From assembly GCA_037447605.1 (NCBI GenBank), contig CM074805.1, forward strand, positions 2,575,361-2,639,360: DNA of 64,000 nucleotides, given 5' to 3'. Below are positions 38,017 to 50,270 of the stretch, piece after piece; within the stretch, counting starts at the first letter, position 1; the number at the start of each line of letters is the position of its first letter. The position numbers were made by a program, and so were the translations under genes. The notes under the pieces are model-generated. The model saw only the letters and a program-made list of their open reading frames with translations, was not told where the DNA came from and ran no database searches. The DNA comes from Zygnema circumcarinatum SAG 698-1b. Its lineage: Eukaryota > Plantae > Zygnematophyceae.

Positions 38017-41000
38017 ATGGCGCACTGCCGGCCACCGATCGCTCTCCTCCTCCTCCTGCTGAGCATTGCGATCCTTCCACGCGGCGGGCTGGCGGCGAGC
38101 CTGACCCTGGACACGAGCGACCCCTCGCAGGCGGTGCTGCGCAACGACGAGGTCGCGGTGACCCTCCTCCGCCCCGCGGGGCGCATCGCGGGGCTGAGCT
38201 ACGCGGGGAGGGCGAACCTCCTCGCGGAGCTGCCCGCGGACTACGACGCGCCGTCGCGGCCGGAGGGCTACTCCGCGACCAACGCGTTCACGTTCGGGGC
38301 GGCGGGGGGGGCGCCGACCAACCGCGGGTACTGGGACGGGGTCTGGCGCGACGCGGACGGGTCCTCCAGCTACGACGGGATTGAGTGCGAGAGCTTCGAG
38401 GTGAGGGAGGGGGGGAGGGAGGGAGGGAGGGAGGGACAGGGGGAGGGAGGGAGGGGAGGGAAAGGAAGGAGAGGGAGGGAGGGGGGGGAAAGAGAAAATG
38501 TAGGGGCGGGGAATGCGGGAGATGGTTGAAAAAGAAGAGGGAAAGGGCGGGAGTGTACTGTGAAGGAAAAGGCTTCAGAGAGCTCGGTCCCTGGGAAGGA
38601 AAAACGTTCTTTTGAGGATATGTAGCCACAGAAGGGTCTGTGTGATCGGCTTTCGTGTGCATCAGATGGGAGGGGTTGAGGATTAATTGTCACGATGGTT
38701 GAAGGAATCAAGATTGATCGCTTTGATCAATACCGTATCCTGCACGAATCAAGAGACTGCGTCTGGTCGATACTTTGGATCCACCGCGTCGAGCAAATGT
38801 CATAGAGTCAATGTGGATCACCAGCAATGCTTGTACCAGAAGTACCGCAGTACTTATTGCTCGCGCATGTTGTCCAGTTTCATCGATTCAATCCTGGAAG
38901 CTGATGAAGAACGTGCAATGCCGTGCAGGTAGTGAAGGAAGACTCCAACCTCGTAATTGTCAAATTTTCGCACGTGTATTCCCCCGAAACCGATGACCCC
39001 GGCAGCTTTCCTCTTGATATCGACCTGTACTACGCGCTGGGGAAGGACGACACGGGCTTCTACTCATGGGCGGTGCTCGGCCACCAATCGACCTATCCGG
39101 CCATGTCACTTGTGGAGCTTCGCTTCACCATGAAGCTCGATGCGGTGCGGCTAATTACACGCATGCAGCAGCAAACTAGATAATGAGGTAGCGCAGCTTT
39201 CGATTGATGACTTCATGCATAAAGAGTACTCGCCTCTGAGGTTTTTGTTGCCACTACTTTTGCTTGGCAGGCGTTCCGCTGGACTTCTCTCGGAAAGGAT
39301 AGGCAGCGGGTGATGCCGGAGTGGAGCGACAGATATCAAGACAACAGTGACCCAACTTTTATCACTGAAACTCGCCTCCTGAAGAACCCCACAAATCCGG
39401 AATTTACAGTGAGCCCCTTCATTTTTAACTCAGCTCCGTGGACGCTTTTGTTGCTTTTCTTGCCAAAGTTCATACCCCCCGACTTCTCCGACAATGGAAG
39501 CGACTGTAAAGAATACGCAAAGAATCGAAGGAGGTTGACGCGAGAAAGGAGCGCGGCGGCTGACTGGCTCTGTGCTGCATCCCTTGCAGAATGAATACGA
39601 CACAAAGTACAACTACCTGCTAGACATCGGCGACCAGCTCGTGTACGGATGGGCGTCCAACGACAGTGAACCGATCGGCCTGTGGTGCATGAACCCCTAC
39701 AAGTACGAGTACACGCCCGGGGGACCCACCAAGCAGGAGCTCACAGTGCAGGTGGGCTACGCAACTCATTCCCTTGCTACTACTCTATCAATGGTTTTTT
39801 TTTGTTTTCTTTCCAAGCGTAAAAGGAAACATGGCACCGACATTCTTGTCATTGTCCTGTTGATCTTTTTTTATGCAGACGGGGCCATATCTGCTGAATT
39901 ACATGCATTCGCAGCACATCGGAACTCCAAGTGTAGACATTGATGCCAACGAGACCTGGTCGAAGACCTACGGCCCTTTCAGGATTCACTTGAATCAGAA
40001 CACAGATACGAGCTCCACCCGCCAATGGAAGGAGCTCTTCGAAGATGCGCGTGCTTTCTCTACACAAGAATACTGGCAGTGGCCCTACGAGAAATTCGCA
40101 GACTCCACGTACTACCCGAGCCAAGGTGAGCAGAATGCTCCCTCCACTCCTATTCTGCTTCTGCTTCTGCTCTCTGCCATTCTCTATTCTCTTCTTTTTT
40201 AGTGCATCACCCCTGACTCCAACACCTGTGATCTTGCTGCAGAGGAGCGCGGCATTTTGAAGGGGCGTCTTGTGCTGTCCGAGTCCTCGGGGGTCGACCC
40301 CGACAACATCGACTTCAAGCGCGACGGCTGGGTGGGATTGGCTCCGGTCGGCCACGGGGGGTCCTGGTCGTACGAAGTGAAGGGCTACCAGTACTGGTCG
40401 CACTTCGCCAACACGCGGTCCCCCAACTTCCAAGTCTCCGATGTTCGGCCCGGGGACTACACTCTGTACATCTACATCATGGGGATTTATGGGGACTATG
40501 CGTCAACTAGTGCAATCACTATTCGAGCCGGTGAAACACTCGACATAGGAGAGGTGCATTGGAGCCCGCCAAGGGCAGGCCCGACTCTTTTTGAGTTGGG
40601 CTATCCAGACCGTAACTCGGAGGAGTTTTACATTCCGGACATCAATCCCCTGTCGGAGTATCCGTACAGCCAAACCAATCCAAACAAATTTCGAGATTAC
40701 GGTGTTTGGAACGCATATGTGAAGGCATTCCCTGATTCTGATCTCTTTTATGATGTCAGCTCTTCAGATTGGAACCTTGATTGGTGGTACCTTCAAACTG
40801 CTCGGTACAAGGATGATCTCTCGTCGGCTAAGCCGACAGTTTACACCATACACTTTGAGCTTGAAGAAACCCCTTCACCCACGTCTGTCTTCACTCTGAG
40901 AGTTGCTTTGGCCGGAAAGAACGAAGCAGTGCTTCAAGTGTTTGTGAACACCAAAGATTATGAGAGCACTCCTGCCCTCGACACGAGCACATATCCTGTC

Positions 41001-41198
41001 CCCTACTCGAGCGATGACAACGGCATGGCGCGTTCTGCAGCACATGGGGCGTACTACAAATACGATGTGTCGATTCCGGGATCTGCATTGGTTAAGGGAA
41101 TAAATCACTTGTACTTCCGACAACGGCGTACCAGCGACAAATTTATTTATGTTGCCTATGATTATATTAGATTAGAGGGGCCAGCTTCGACTAGTTAG
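38017..41198 (+). CDS. Secreted rhamnogalacturonan endolyase (polysaccharide lyase family 4), 6 exons, 700 aa
   Basis: Exons 38017-38400, 38929-39144, 39271-39408, 39590-39751, 39879-40125, 40243-41198, all in phase. Signal peptide (PIALLLLLLSIAIL). Motifs NRGYWD, YDTKY, HSQHIG, WSKTYGPF, WPY, GSWSYEVKGYQYW, PPRAGPTLFELGYPDR, YDYIRLEGP. Confidence 0.93.
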
Positions 41199-43439
41199 TG
41201 CTCGCCCTTTACCAATGTCCTCGTTGCCATCTCGCCTTGTTCTGTACAACGGATGGGGTAGCGGTAGGTGGCCGGTCATGCAATGCGGTGAATTGGCACG
41301 AAACTGGATCGCATCCGCCTTCAAATGTCTTCATATTGAGACATGCTCCGTTTCTTGTATCATAGGCCAGCGCGTGCTGAGGGAGATACGGCACTGCGGG
41401 CACTAGACTGGGACTGAACTCCCGGAATTTTTTTGAATGTCGCAAGTGGTGGGAATTCGTTTAGTATTTCTTAGCTCAGGGGAGGGGGGAGGGGCCGAAG
41501 GGCCCAATGGTAGATTATTTGGTCAGCATCGCCATTGGTTACGCGGTGCTCGATTGTGCAGTTCACGTAGAGGCTTTTAGATGTGGGGTAGGTCGGGGCA
41601 AAGGATTGGTCTGAGACTTATTGGAATGAGGCGAAGGGAGCGAGGCAACAATGGCGGACGGAGGGAGGTGGGGAGGAAGTGGACGGCTTGAGGAGAAGGC
41701 TTCAGAAAAATTAGGAGGTTTTGAGGCTAATGGCACTCCTTCCCTCCGACAGTCAATTCATAGATGGGAAAGAGGGCTGCTTCTGTCACAGTCCTTTCGT
41801 TCTGTTTCTTTGGAACTTTAGAGGGAATTTCTTTTCGAAGAGTTTTCTGAATATCCATGCGCTCGTAAAGCTTTAGTGAAGGAGGTAGAGTTATGCCTGT
41901 GTTCTTCTTGAATCCAATGGAGGAGAGAAGACAAATAAGGAATTGGAAAAGAAGGGCATCGGTAATAACGTTCAGGTGTTGTGCTGGACTAGAAGTTTGA
42001 AAGACCGAAATGTGCAATGTAAGCTTTTTCCAAATATTCCATAAGCCGCATCATCGCCTCCAATACCTTTGTACCGCGATGGAGTTAATAAATGGATAGC
42101 ATGTTTTGCGTGGTAATGATGGAGCAGTAAATCCGGTCAGTGTTGTAGCATTGTCATGGAACATGGACATGTCCAAATTGCAGTCCGAGCCAACATGCTG
42201 TACGTGCACGCCCCCGTCCATGACCGACCATGGCAGCCATGGCATGCCCACCATGACCCCATGCATGCCGCGGGGCCATGCATGCATTCATGTGTGTAGG
42301 AAGACAGGCAGGTACACGTGTCGGCCGACTAGTGGTAGTAAAGTGCACGACCTAGTTACCTGACTAGTTTCTAACGGGAGCTGACTAATCGCTGACTAAT
42401 GACAAATCGGAAGTTTTGGCCATTTACTAGTGACTGATAGTCGATCGCAGCCGTAAACTAATGACTTATTAAAAAGTTAAATGGCTAACCACGCGCTGGT
42501 AAAGGCTGGTTAGCTTCTGAAATATCTGTTCCGTATCGAACAGAAGAAGACTGCTCAACTGCCAAGCTACTTTTTACTCACATTTTATTTTTATATATGT
42601 TTCGTTCGGCAGTAATAACTCTCCCTGGTTAGAGATTCTCAACTTATGTTCATGCATGCACCGAAACAATGCACACGTCCACATGCATGTCTATTCGGAT
42701 GTGCGCTCACCCACGTATGCCCATGCTTGTGCTTACATGCACACAGATGCACATGTGCTAAATATGGATGAACTTTGTGCCAATAATCACAATGACGAAC
42801 ATGTTTACGATGGCCTCCATGTCGATGTTCATGTTCATGTTCGTGTTTGCCCTGACGGCACTCAGTCAGAGACTAACTACAACGCAATTTTGATGCGAAG
42901 CTTCGATCCACATCGACATGTTCACTTCATCCACTTTGTTTGTGTACAAAGACGAGGACCGTCCTGTTGGACCGAGTCAACATTGCAGGGACACTGGCAA
43001 TTGAGAATATGTGCGATAATAGGATAACATGACACCAGTTGCAACGAGTCTCATGCCACTGATCTGCATGTGGGGGCTGTCCTTTCATGCTGGTGCTGTT
43101 GTTCCGCAGAAGTTTACTCAACAATGGGTTCATTTCAAAACACATCTTGGGCCCTTAAGAAACAGTGCTTTATTTGCCCTTATCCTGCCACGCCTCTCAG
43201 CCTATCACTTGCTCCAGCAAACCAGCCAACCCCCATGCCCTCTGTGTCCAGAGCTCCAACACGACCGCCCGCAGGAGGCCTCCTCTCCGTGCCCCGGTGG
43301 ATGCTGTTCGTGAATCTCTACACCAACGAGTCAAACACGCGTCTTCTTCTACCAGCACGCGCACCGGAGACAGCTGGCCTCCATATCCAGCACCATCACA
43401 ACGCGAGAATCACGTCGAATCTCCCTCATTCAGAACGCC

Positions 43440-43718
43440 TCCCCTTCTCTCCTCTGCGAAATCCCCTCCCTCTGTCAGGACCGCGCCGCCATGGCCCATG
43501 CGCCCCATCCTCCCCTCTCCATCTCCCCCCTCCTCCCCCCAATCCCCACCCCCTCCTCCTTCCGCACCCCCCCCTTCCCCCCCCCCCCTCACCTCCCACC
43601 CTTCCTCCCCTCCGCCTCCCCCATCCCCCTTCCCACCCCCACTCTCCTCCCCCCCCACCCTCCTCCCTCCCCACCCTCCTCCCTCCCCATCACCTCTCCT
43701 CCTCCCGCTCCATCCCCT
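43440..43718. repeat. C/T-rich low-complexity tract next to an assembly gap
   Basis: Near-pure CCCT/CCTC runs. These generate the spurious Pro-rich and Gly-rich ORFs in the ORF track. Confidence 0.85.
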
Positions 43719-43728
43719 NNNNNNNNNN
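43719..43728. other. Assembly gap (10 N)
   Basis: Ten consecutive n characters. Confidence 1.
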
Positions 43729-44842
43729 TCCCCCCCCCCCGCGCAGTGCCCCCCGCCCGCCGCCCGCCGCCCGCCGTCACGTAACGGTCAGCGTAATCCC
43801 TCTATCGCCCATTGAAATTCGCCGCGCGGCCGGGCCGCCGTTGAAACTTTTCGTCCATGTGCCCGCGACAGAACCCAATGGAGCGACGCCACGTGGCCAG
43901 AAGGCGCAGGCGCTTTTATGTTTCCAGGCCGGCAGAGCCCCCGCCCAGGCCCCGCCACTGCTGCGGGGCGAACCTTTCTCCGCGCGACGCGTGTCGCGAA
44001 AAGCCGTTTCGTACAGGCCCGGACTGTCCACCTGTCACTCCTTCTCAAGTGCGGTGTTGTTAGTGCCAGAAACTGCCGGCCGCCTGTTGTCGCGTGCTTC
44101 TCACGCAGGTGCCATACGGACCGAATCTTTCTAAAAGCGACAGCATGGTCCGTACGTCTGTCCGTTGCCTCCGTCGAATTTTTTCCCCAGCCCGTAGATG
44201 TCCTGGCCCGTTCCCATTGGCCATCGGCTGGGAGATCTCTTTTCCGGGCAGCCCGTTGTCCGCCCCCGCCTCCCCGTCCGTACGGCAAGTTACCGCCCGC
44301 CCGCCGTATGGCCTGTAACGGCGACCTGAAATCTCTCCCAGGCAGCGCCCGCCAGCTGGCGCTACGCGACAAGCCAGGGCGCCCGCTGCTGCGCCTCGCG
44401 CGCGCCCTTCTGTCGCGTAGCGGCGCGCCCGCCGCAGCGCAGGGCGGGCTTGCGACCCCTCCGCAGGCCTCCCGCGCAGTCGCCCGCGCTCTACGACGGC
44501 CCTTGCGACGTCGCAGCGAGGCCTGCGACGTCGCAGGGGCCGTCGGACCGGGCGGGCGGGGGCGGCGGTTTGGGCGCGGGGGCGGGCTGCTGCATATCTC
44601 CCCCGCGGGGCCAGAGGACGGGAGGGACGGCGAGGGACGGCCAGGGACGGCCAGGGACTGAGCGTGGGCAGGCCGCTTCCGGGGCTGCATTAGGGCCGCC
44701 GTCCGCATTGGAGCTAGGGCTGGTACTAAGAGTGAAGGAGAGGGGAAGCAGGGAGAGGGAGAGAGAGTGAGAGAGAGGAGAGGCGAGGAAGAGGGAGGAA
44801 GTTAAGGCAGAGGGAGGTTTACCCTTGAAGGTTAGTTTTTTT

Positions 44843-46339
44843 ATGGCAGGAATTTTTCTCTGGATGGAAGACTTTGGATATGTGGGCGAGGGGTCTTTCA
44901 TGGAGCAGCTGGGTTCGGGCGTTCAGGCCGCCAACCCGCACCCTCCCATCGGGCGGAAGCCGCGCCCTTCGATGCTCATAATTCCCTCCATCGAGTCGCC
45001 GGTCGCGACCCCGAGAACGCCGCCAGCTAAGAAAGCTCCAAAGATGATGAGCTTCGACTTCCTGCAGCCGAGGAAGAGGAGCTCTCTGTGGGAGGAGCTG
45101 CCCATGTCGCCCCTCGACCTCGACAACTGCGACCTCAGCCCCGCGCTGCTCGCCTCCTGCTTCGGCCGGGAAGAGGCCCGCGGCGCAAGAGTGCGAGCCA
45201 TGAGAGACGCTCCGCCAAGCAGGGCGTCAAAGTGGGAGACACGGGGCGAAGCCTTTCCGGAAGAGCAGCCCTGCGTGACGTGGGCAGACAGCCGGGGAAC
45301 CACCGCACGCGTAAGGAAGCTGGAGAGGATGATGGCGGGCGGGGCAGACTTTGGGACCCAGAGAGTGGGGAAGGAGTTTTTGGAAGCAGCAGCGCCGATG
45401 TGGAGGGACGTGGGACAGCTATCATCGAATGGATATTGGCAGTGCAGGTGAGGATGGTTTGGAGTGACTTGATTGTATGGAGCGAGGGGTGGGACTCTGC
45501 AGCTCAGAGAGAACCTTAGGGCCACTAAAGTTGTCTTATGTGACTCGAGTGAAAGTCCCTACTCGTTGAGCTTCTTTAGCAGGACGATTGAAATTGCTAG
45601 TGGGATGGTCTTCCACGTAAGTTTAACCTAGCTTAGAATTTATTTGGGGTCAGTTGACATGCATGTCTAAAAATTAGTCAAACTGATTTGTGTACGCTGC
45701 TTGTGCAGGCCTGATACTTCAGTAGACATGCGGAAATCATGGCAAAGTGGGAGGAATCAGGAGGCTGAGTCAGATTCCTCTTTCCTCGGCGCATTGCTCA
45801 CACCTGAGCAGTTGCCTGCGACCAGCGGTCACGCCTCTCTACTGGTAAGAGAACTTTGACTTTGAGTCTGTGTGAAAGGCTCGTACTGATTTGGGTGAGT
45901 TGGTAAAGGGAGGTCTGGTTGCCGTGTGGAACCAAACTGGCTGCCCTTTAGTCCGTTTGGGCGCTACTCAATCTGAAAGATAGGAGGCAGTGAGAGAGGG
46001 GATGATGGGGTTACTTTGTCCTTGTAAGTGCTTTCATTGACTTGTAGTGAAAGCGCCGTGTCGCAGAATAGCGAGGAATGGAAGGGACCGCCGAAGAGCT
46101 ATCGAGATCAATGCTATCCCTCTGCCACGGAAATCACCTCCGCAGTTTCAGGCGCGCTCATGTGGCTCTTGACCGGGGACAACAGTGTGAGAACTCCTAC
46201 GGATAAAACGAAAAATGCGCCATCAAGCTCACTGAAGGCAGAGGAGAAGCAGCGGGACTCAAGTCCTGTCTCCGTGTTTTCACCCTACTTAAGCTCCGGT
46301 GAATCATCGGGAACATCTCCCACGCCTTTGGAGTTGTAA
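44843..46339 (+). CDS. Uncharacterised Ser/Pro-rich, probably disordered protein, 3 exons, 337 aa
   Basis: Exons 44843-45447, 45709-45844, 46067-46339 join in phase with canonical GTGAG/GTAAG donors and GCAG acceptors. GA-rich leader at 44735-44815. No family motif recognised with confidence. Confidence 0.7.
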
Positions 46340-48063
46340 TGGACGGTGTGGCGATCCGCTGTAATATTATACATTATTGTTTTTCTCCTTACCATCGTCG
46401 TCATTGTTAGATGTTCGACCCGCCACCAGCTGTATTTGTTTATGCTTTCACTGAAGGCAGGAGGCGCAGTGGGCAGGACCTCACTGGCCTGCCTGACTTG
46501 CAGTGATCCGAAACAACCGTATGTCTAAACGCGCGTGGAACAGATGTATAGAAACTGAGGAGACGGCATGTAAGCTTTCCTTGGCAGGCAGTGACCTTGG
46601 TCCTGCCTTCTGAAGGAGGAGTGCGATGCAATGCGGTCGTAGGTTAGAGCAACAGCGTGTCGTTGTCAGATCAGGTCAGATAACATTTTTTGCTTCAAAC
46701 AGCCATAAGAGGCTCCCCGTGAAAGCAAGGAGTTGTAGCTATAGCGTAGACCACTGCCCACCCAGGCGGCGGCAGTCAGTAAGTTGACGAGAGCCGTGCC
46801 TTGGGTCTAGTGTTCCTTTTCTTCAGTAGCAGTAGTAGGGGGGGGAGGGAGGGGGTGCATTCACCGCGCTGCAACGTTGCGGAAACTTGCAACCATTTGT
46901 AGCCTTTTTTTTGTTCCCAAAAATCGCATTTGAGCGGGCGAGGTTCCAGCCATGACCATGCATGCATGCTTGCAGCCTTGTGCGGATATACGTGGGCAAT
47001 GTCGTCGTGGCCATGCGATCATGTTTGCATTCTCCTTTCTTTACCTCTATCCCAGTTAACGACTTGAAAAACAAAAACAAAACTAGCGTCCTGTTGAGAT
47101 CCTTCCTTCTGTGTCTGTAATGAAATCCATCCGATTTGTCATTAGCGCGCTCATTACAATGCGCCAGATCTGTACGGCTGCAAGGGCTGGCTCTTGAAAC
47201 GCGTGCGAACGTGTCCTTCGTGCACTGGGAAGGAAAGGGAAGAAAATAACTCGCCACGCGGCGGCCACGCTGGCAGGAAAAGGGCGCTTTGGCGGTCAGC
47301 AGAGTCCACGTGACTCTGCAGAGTCACGTGGCGCCTCCTTGTGGCCTCCCTGCGCCGAGTTTTTACCGTTGTTGCCATCTCCCGCGGCTGCACACGTGGC
47401 CGCTGGCAGTTGCGAGCACATGAAGGTGACGTCACACCCCCCCTTCCGGCGCAACAGAACGACCTAGAAAAGCCCCTGCCTTCTTGTCGTACACCTGATG
47501 GGCTGTGGATGTACGGAAACGTCCGCTCCCGTTTCGCCGGGCGCCGGTGCCCACGTGGCGCGCATCTGCGAGAGGGCTAGGCTTTAGACGGACGGCTGCG
47601 ATCTCTCAGAAATTCGAGCTTTCTGGTTTTATTCGTCGGGGCCGTACGACTCGCCGGCAGGGACCCGCCCGGAGGGAACAGACGGGTGGGCCGGGGGGTG
47701 CGGCTCGAGGCTGCCCGTGGTTTCGTGTTCACTTTCGGTTCACAATCGCTCGTCCCATGGGGGCCCATGGGCCCATGGGTGGCATGGAAGGCTCCCGAGG
47801 CTCTCGCTAGACTGATGTCCCCTCCTGTGAGACCGTTCAGGCGTCCAAGGAGAGCATCCACTGTTGCAACGACATTTGTCTGCTAGACGTTGCTGACTTT
47901 CTTGCACAAAAGGACGCTGCAATTGGTGGTATCAATGGTAAAGGGTGCGTTTTTATGGTCCAACTTTAATCAACTTCGTCAACTTTTATTACGTGGCAAA
48001 ACTTAGCTGATGTAATCTCGCACATGCAGACGGTTGAACTACTTGGAGACTTGCACAGGTCGG

Positions 48064-48302
48064 AACATTGGATCAACCATTGGAATGGTTGCGAACCATT
48101 GATACGCGACCCAGCCAACCATTGCCAATGGTCGTAAGCATTGGATTCAATGGTTGCCAGCCATTGCCAATGATTCGAACCATTGATTCACGACCCGAGC
48201 AACCATTGCCGTTGGACCGAAACAACCATTGCGAATGGTTCCATCCATTGGATGCAATGGTTGCCAACCATTGGACGTCCAACCATTGCCATTCAATGGT
48301 TG
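48064..48302. repeat. Array of about 19 (C)AACCATTG / CAATGGTT(G) units in mixed orientation
   Basis: Units read directly, e.g. 48074, 48084, 48093, 48116, 48126, 48148, 48177, 48200, 48223, 48255, 48265, 48280, 48294. Longer direct repeat gaaccattgat..cgacc...caaccattgcc at 48093 and 48177. Confidence 0.85.
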
Positions 48303-48339
48303 CCCGATCCAGTGGTCCGACCTCGGAATAGGTTTCATA

Positions 48340-50254
48340 TATGGAGCTGCAATTTCATGGGTTGAATCCCAAAAAAGGATTCAGAACTTTGCAAGATTAC
48401 TACTCCAGAGACAGCCCAAAAGCAGCAGGCTTAAATGTTCAGCAAAGCAGTTCGGAAAGAGAAGCACAAGCTCTCAACAAAGGGCCATCTGAATGACACA
48501 AACTCACTTCAACCTTGCCATTAGTTCTGCTCTGGAGAGGAAGATGAAACTTGTAAGCTCTCAAGTACTCCACTCCCGCCTGTCCGTTAGTCAGTGCCAC
48601 CTTAATAGAAAAAATGAAGTCCTTTGATACCCACGAAAAAGGTGATGAAGCTGACTTCATTCAGAAGTCGAAACATTTAGTTCACGCACTCCCGAAAATC
48701 TATGTCAGGACGCCCATCACTGTGGAGAACCACGCAGCTTTTAACCGAACTGTAATAAATATTATTTGTAACTGAAATGCGCTTCATGAAGCTTACCCGA
48801 TCCAACAAGGTCACAGCTAAAGGAGCAGCACTGTAAAGCCACTTCACGGGGTCGGGCAACTGTGCATAGTTGTCTCCATGACGCAAAGGACTCACTGGAC
48901 CATCTAGTGCTCTTTGATACTTTCTCAAAATTTAAAAAAGGGTCGCATTTGAGCTTTCGAAGGTTCTCTCCTCCGGATTGTTTGATCACTAACTCTCTCC
49001 GACGAGGCTTCTGCTTGTTCGAAGATCGGCTTGGTAGAAGCTGTCCGTTTAACTAACTCTTCATTCTTGCCAACTTGCGCTCCCCAGCCCAGGGAGCCCC
49101 ACCAAGCTCATCCTCCAACAGTCTTCTGAACTGACGCTTCTCGAGATCCCACAAAGTAGTCCGAGTCCACCAGACCAACCAGGTCCGACCCGTCCGCCGA
49201 ATTCACAGAAATGCGAGATGCGCAAGCTGCCACGAAGGAACGAGTTTCGCTATAAACATTCTTCACTGATAACACCACCTCCAACGAAGTTTGAATACGC
49301 ACAACAGTAATGCGGCAAGAAACATCACAGCTCATCCATAAGGTCTAATCGAAGAACCTTCCACCGCTTCCAAAACCACCTGAAACGATAAAACAACAAA
49401 CGCAGTCAGAATCTCCAAAAAAGGGTGCTAACGTAAAATTAACGACCATGAACTTCAATCAATATTGGCTGGCCAGCCGCAAACCTACATTGCAATAAGT
49501 GCTTAATATTTTGCCGCTGCAGAACTCCCGGAAAACGACGGTCAAACGTTTTTCCTTCGCCTTGAAAAACCTTTCAACAAAATATCGCTAAACGATCGTA
49601 GACCTTCCTTGCTTCCCTCTCATGGTTGCTCGCATGAAGCAGGTTCATTCTCAACACTTTGGAAAACCGGCACCACTCCTCCAGCGAGGTGAGCCCCTCT
49701 ATTTCCAAACCATTCGCTGCGGGAAAGAGCGCCTCCTCAACGCCTCTATTCCACATTTAAGGTCGAAAAGAGGTAACTCGGGCCTCATCAACCACCAGCC
49801 ATTTCCTGTACTCAGCTGAGCCGCTATCAAACCTGAAGTACAAACAAGGTTCAAGAAGACGCTGCCAAATATTTCCTGCAAGCGGCGAGCTTCGGCGACT
49901 TCAGGATCTTCAGCGACTTCAGGATCTTCTTCTGCTTCATCCCAATAAGCGGACTCATTCTGCATTGCATTGCCTCCTGCTCCATCTTCAACCGGCGAGT
50001 AGTCGTCCACCACTGATTATCTTTCTCTATTTATCCCCTGCCCTTACAAAGCTACAAGAATCCCTTTTCTGCCCGCCCCTTGACGACATGCAGCTCTCTC
50101 TCTCTCCCCGACCTCCCTCTCCAGCCAAACAATGCGACATCCTGTACAGAAACAGCACTCCCCTCGCCTCTCCTGCGCTTCCCCTGCCTGCACCACCGCA
50201 AGCCAAGACTAAAGCTGCCCGCACGCATGCCAAGCCTCCCCACACGGCAGCCAT
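48340..50254 (-). pseudogene. Fragmented ORFs with splice-like signals, head-to-head with RPL4; decayed gene or non-coding transcript
   Basis: Protein-like pieces (50013-49699 acidic; 48925-48790; 48603-48511 bounded by a strong acceptor and a GTGAGT donor) do not join into one open frame. Confidence 0.25.
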
Positions 50255-50270
50255 GGCGGCAGCCCCAGAA

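Noticed and set aside
36594-38384. Many overlapping 100-200 aa ORFs on both strands upstream of the RG lyase
   Set aside because: GC-rich island with few stop codons. Arg/Pro/Gly low-complexity translations, no motifs or splice logic.
17721-41198. Cell-wall gene cluster (GT61-like gene plus RG lyase)
   Set aside because: The two are separated by an unrelated phospholipase and flanked by housekeeping genes; no evidence of co-regulation.
43070-44708. 354-aa and 306-aa ORFs (Pro-rich or Arg-rich)
   Set aside because: Produced by C/T low complexity, an N gap and a GC island; not protein-like.
48064-48302. CRISPR-like repeat-spacer array
   Set aside because: Units are 8-9 bp, mixed in orientation, with no unique spacers or cas genes; eukaryotic context.
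48439-48989. Apparent retroviral integrase words (DLVG, LHSDG, QSRTNGKVE)
   Set aside because: The words lie in different frames with wrong spacing, the best piece is bounded by canonical splice sites, and no LTR, RT or PBS was seen.
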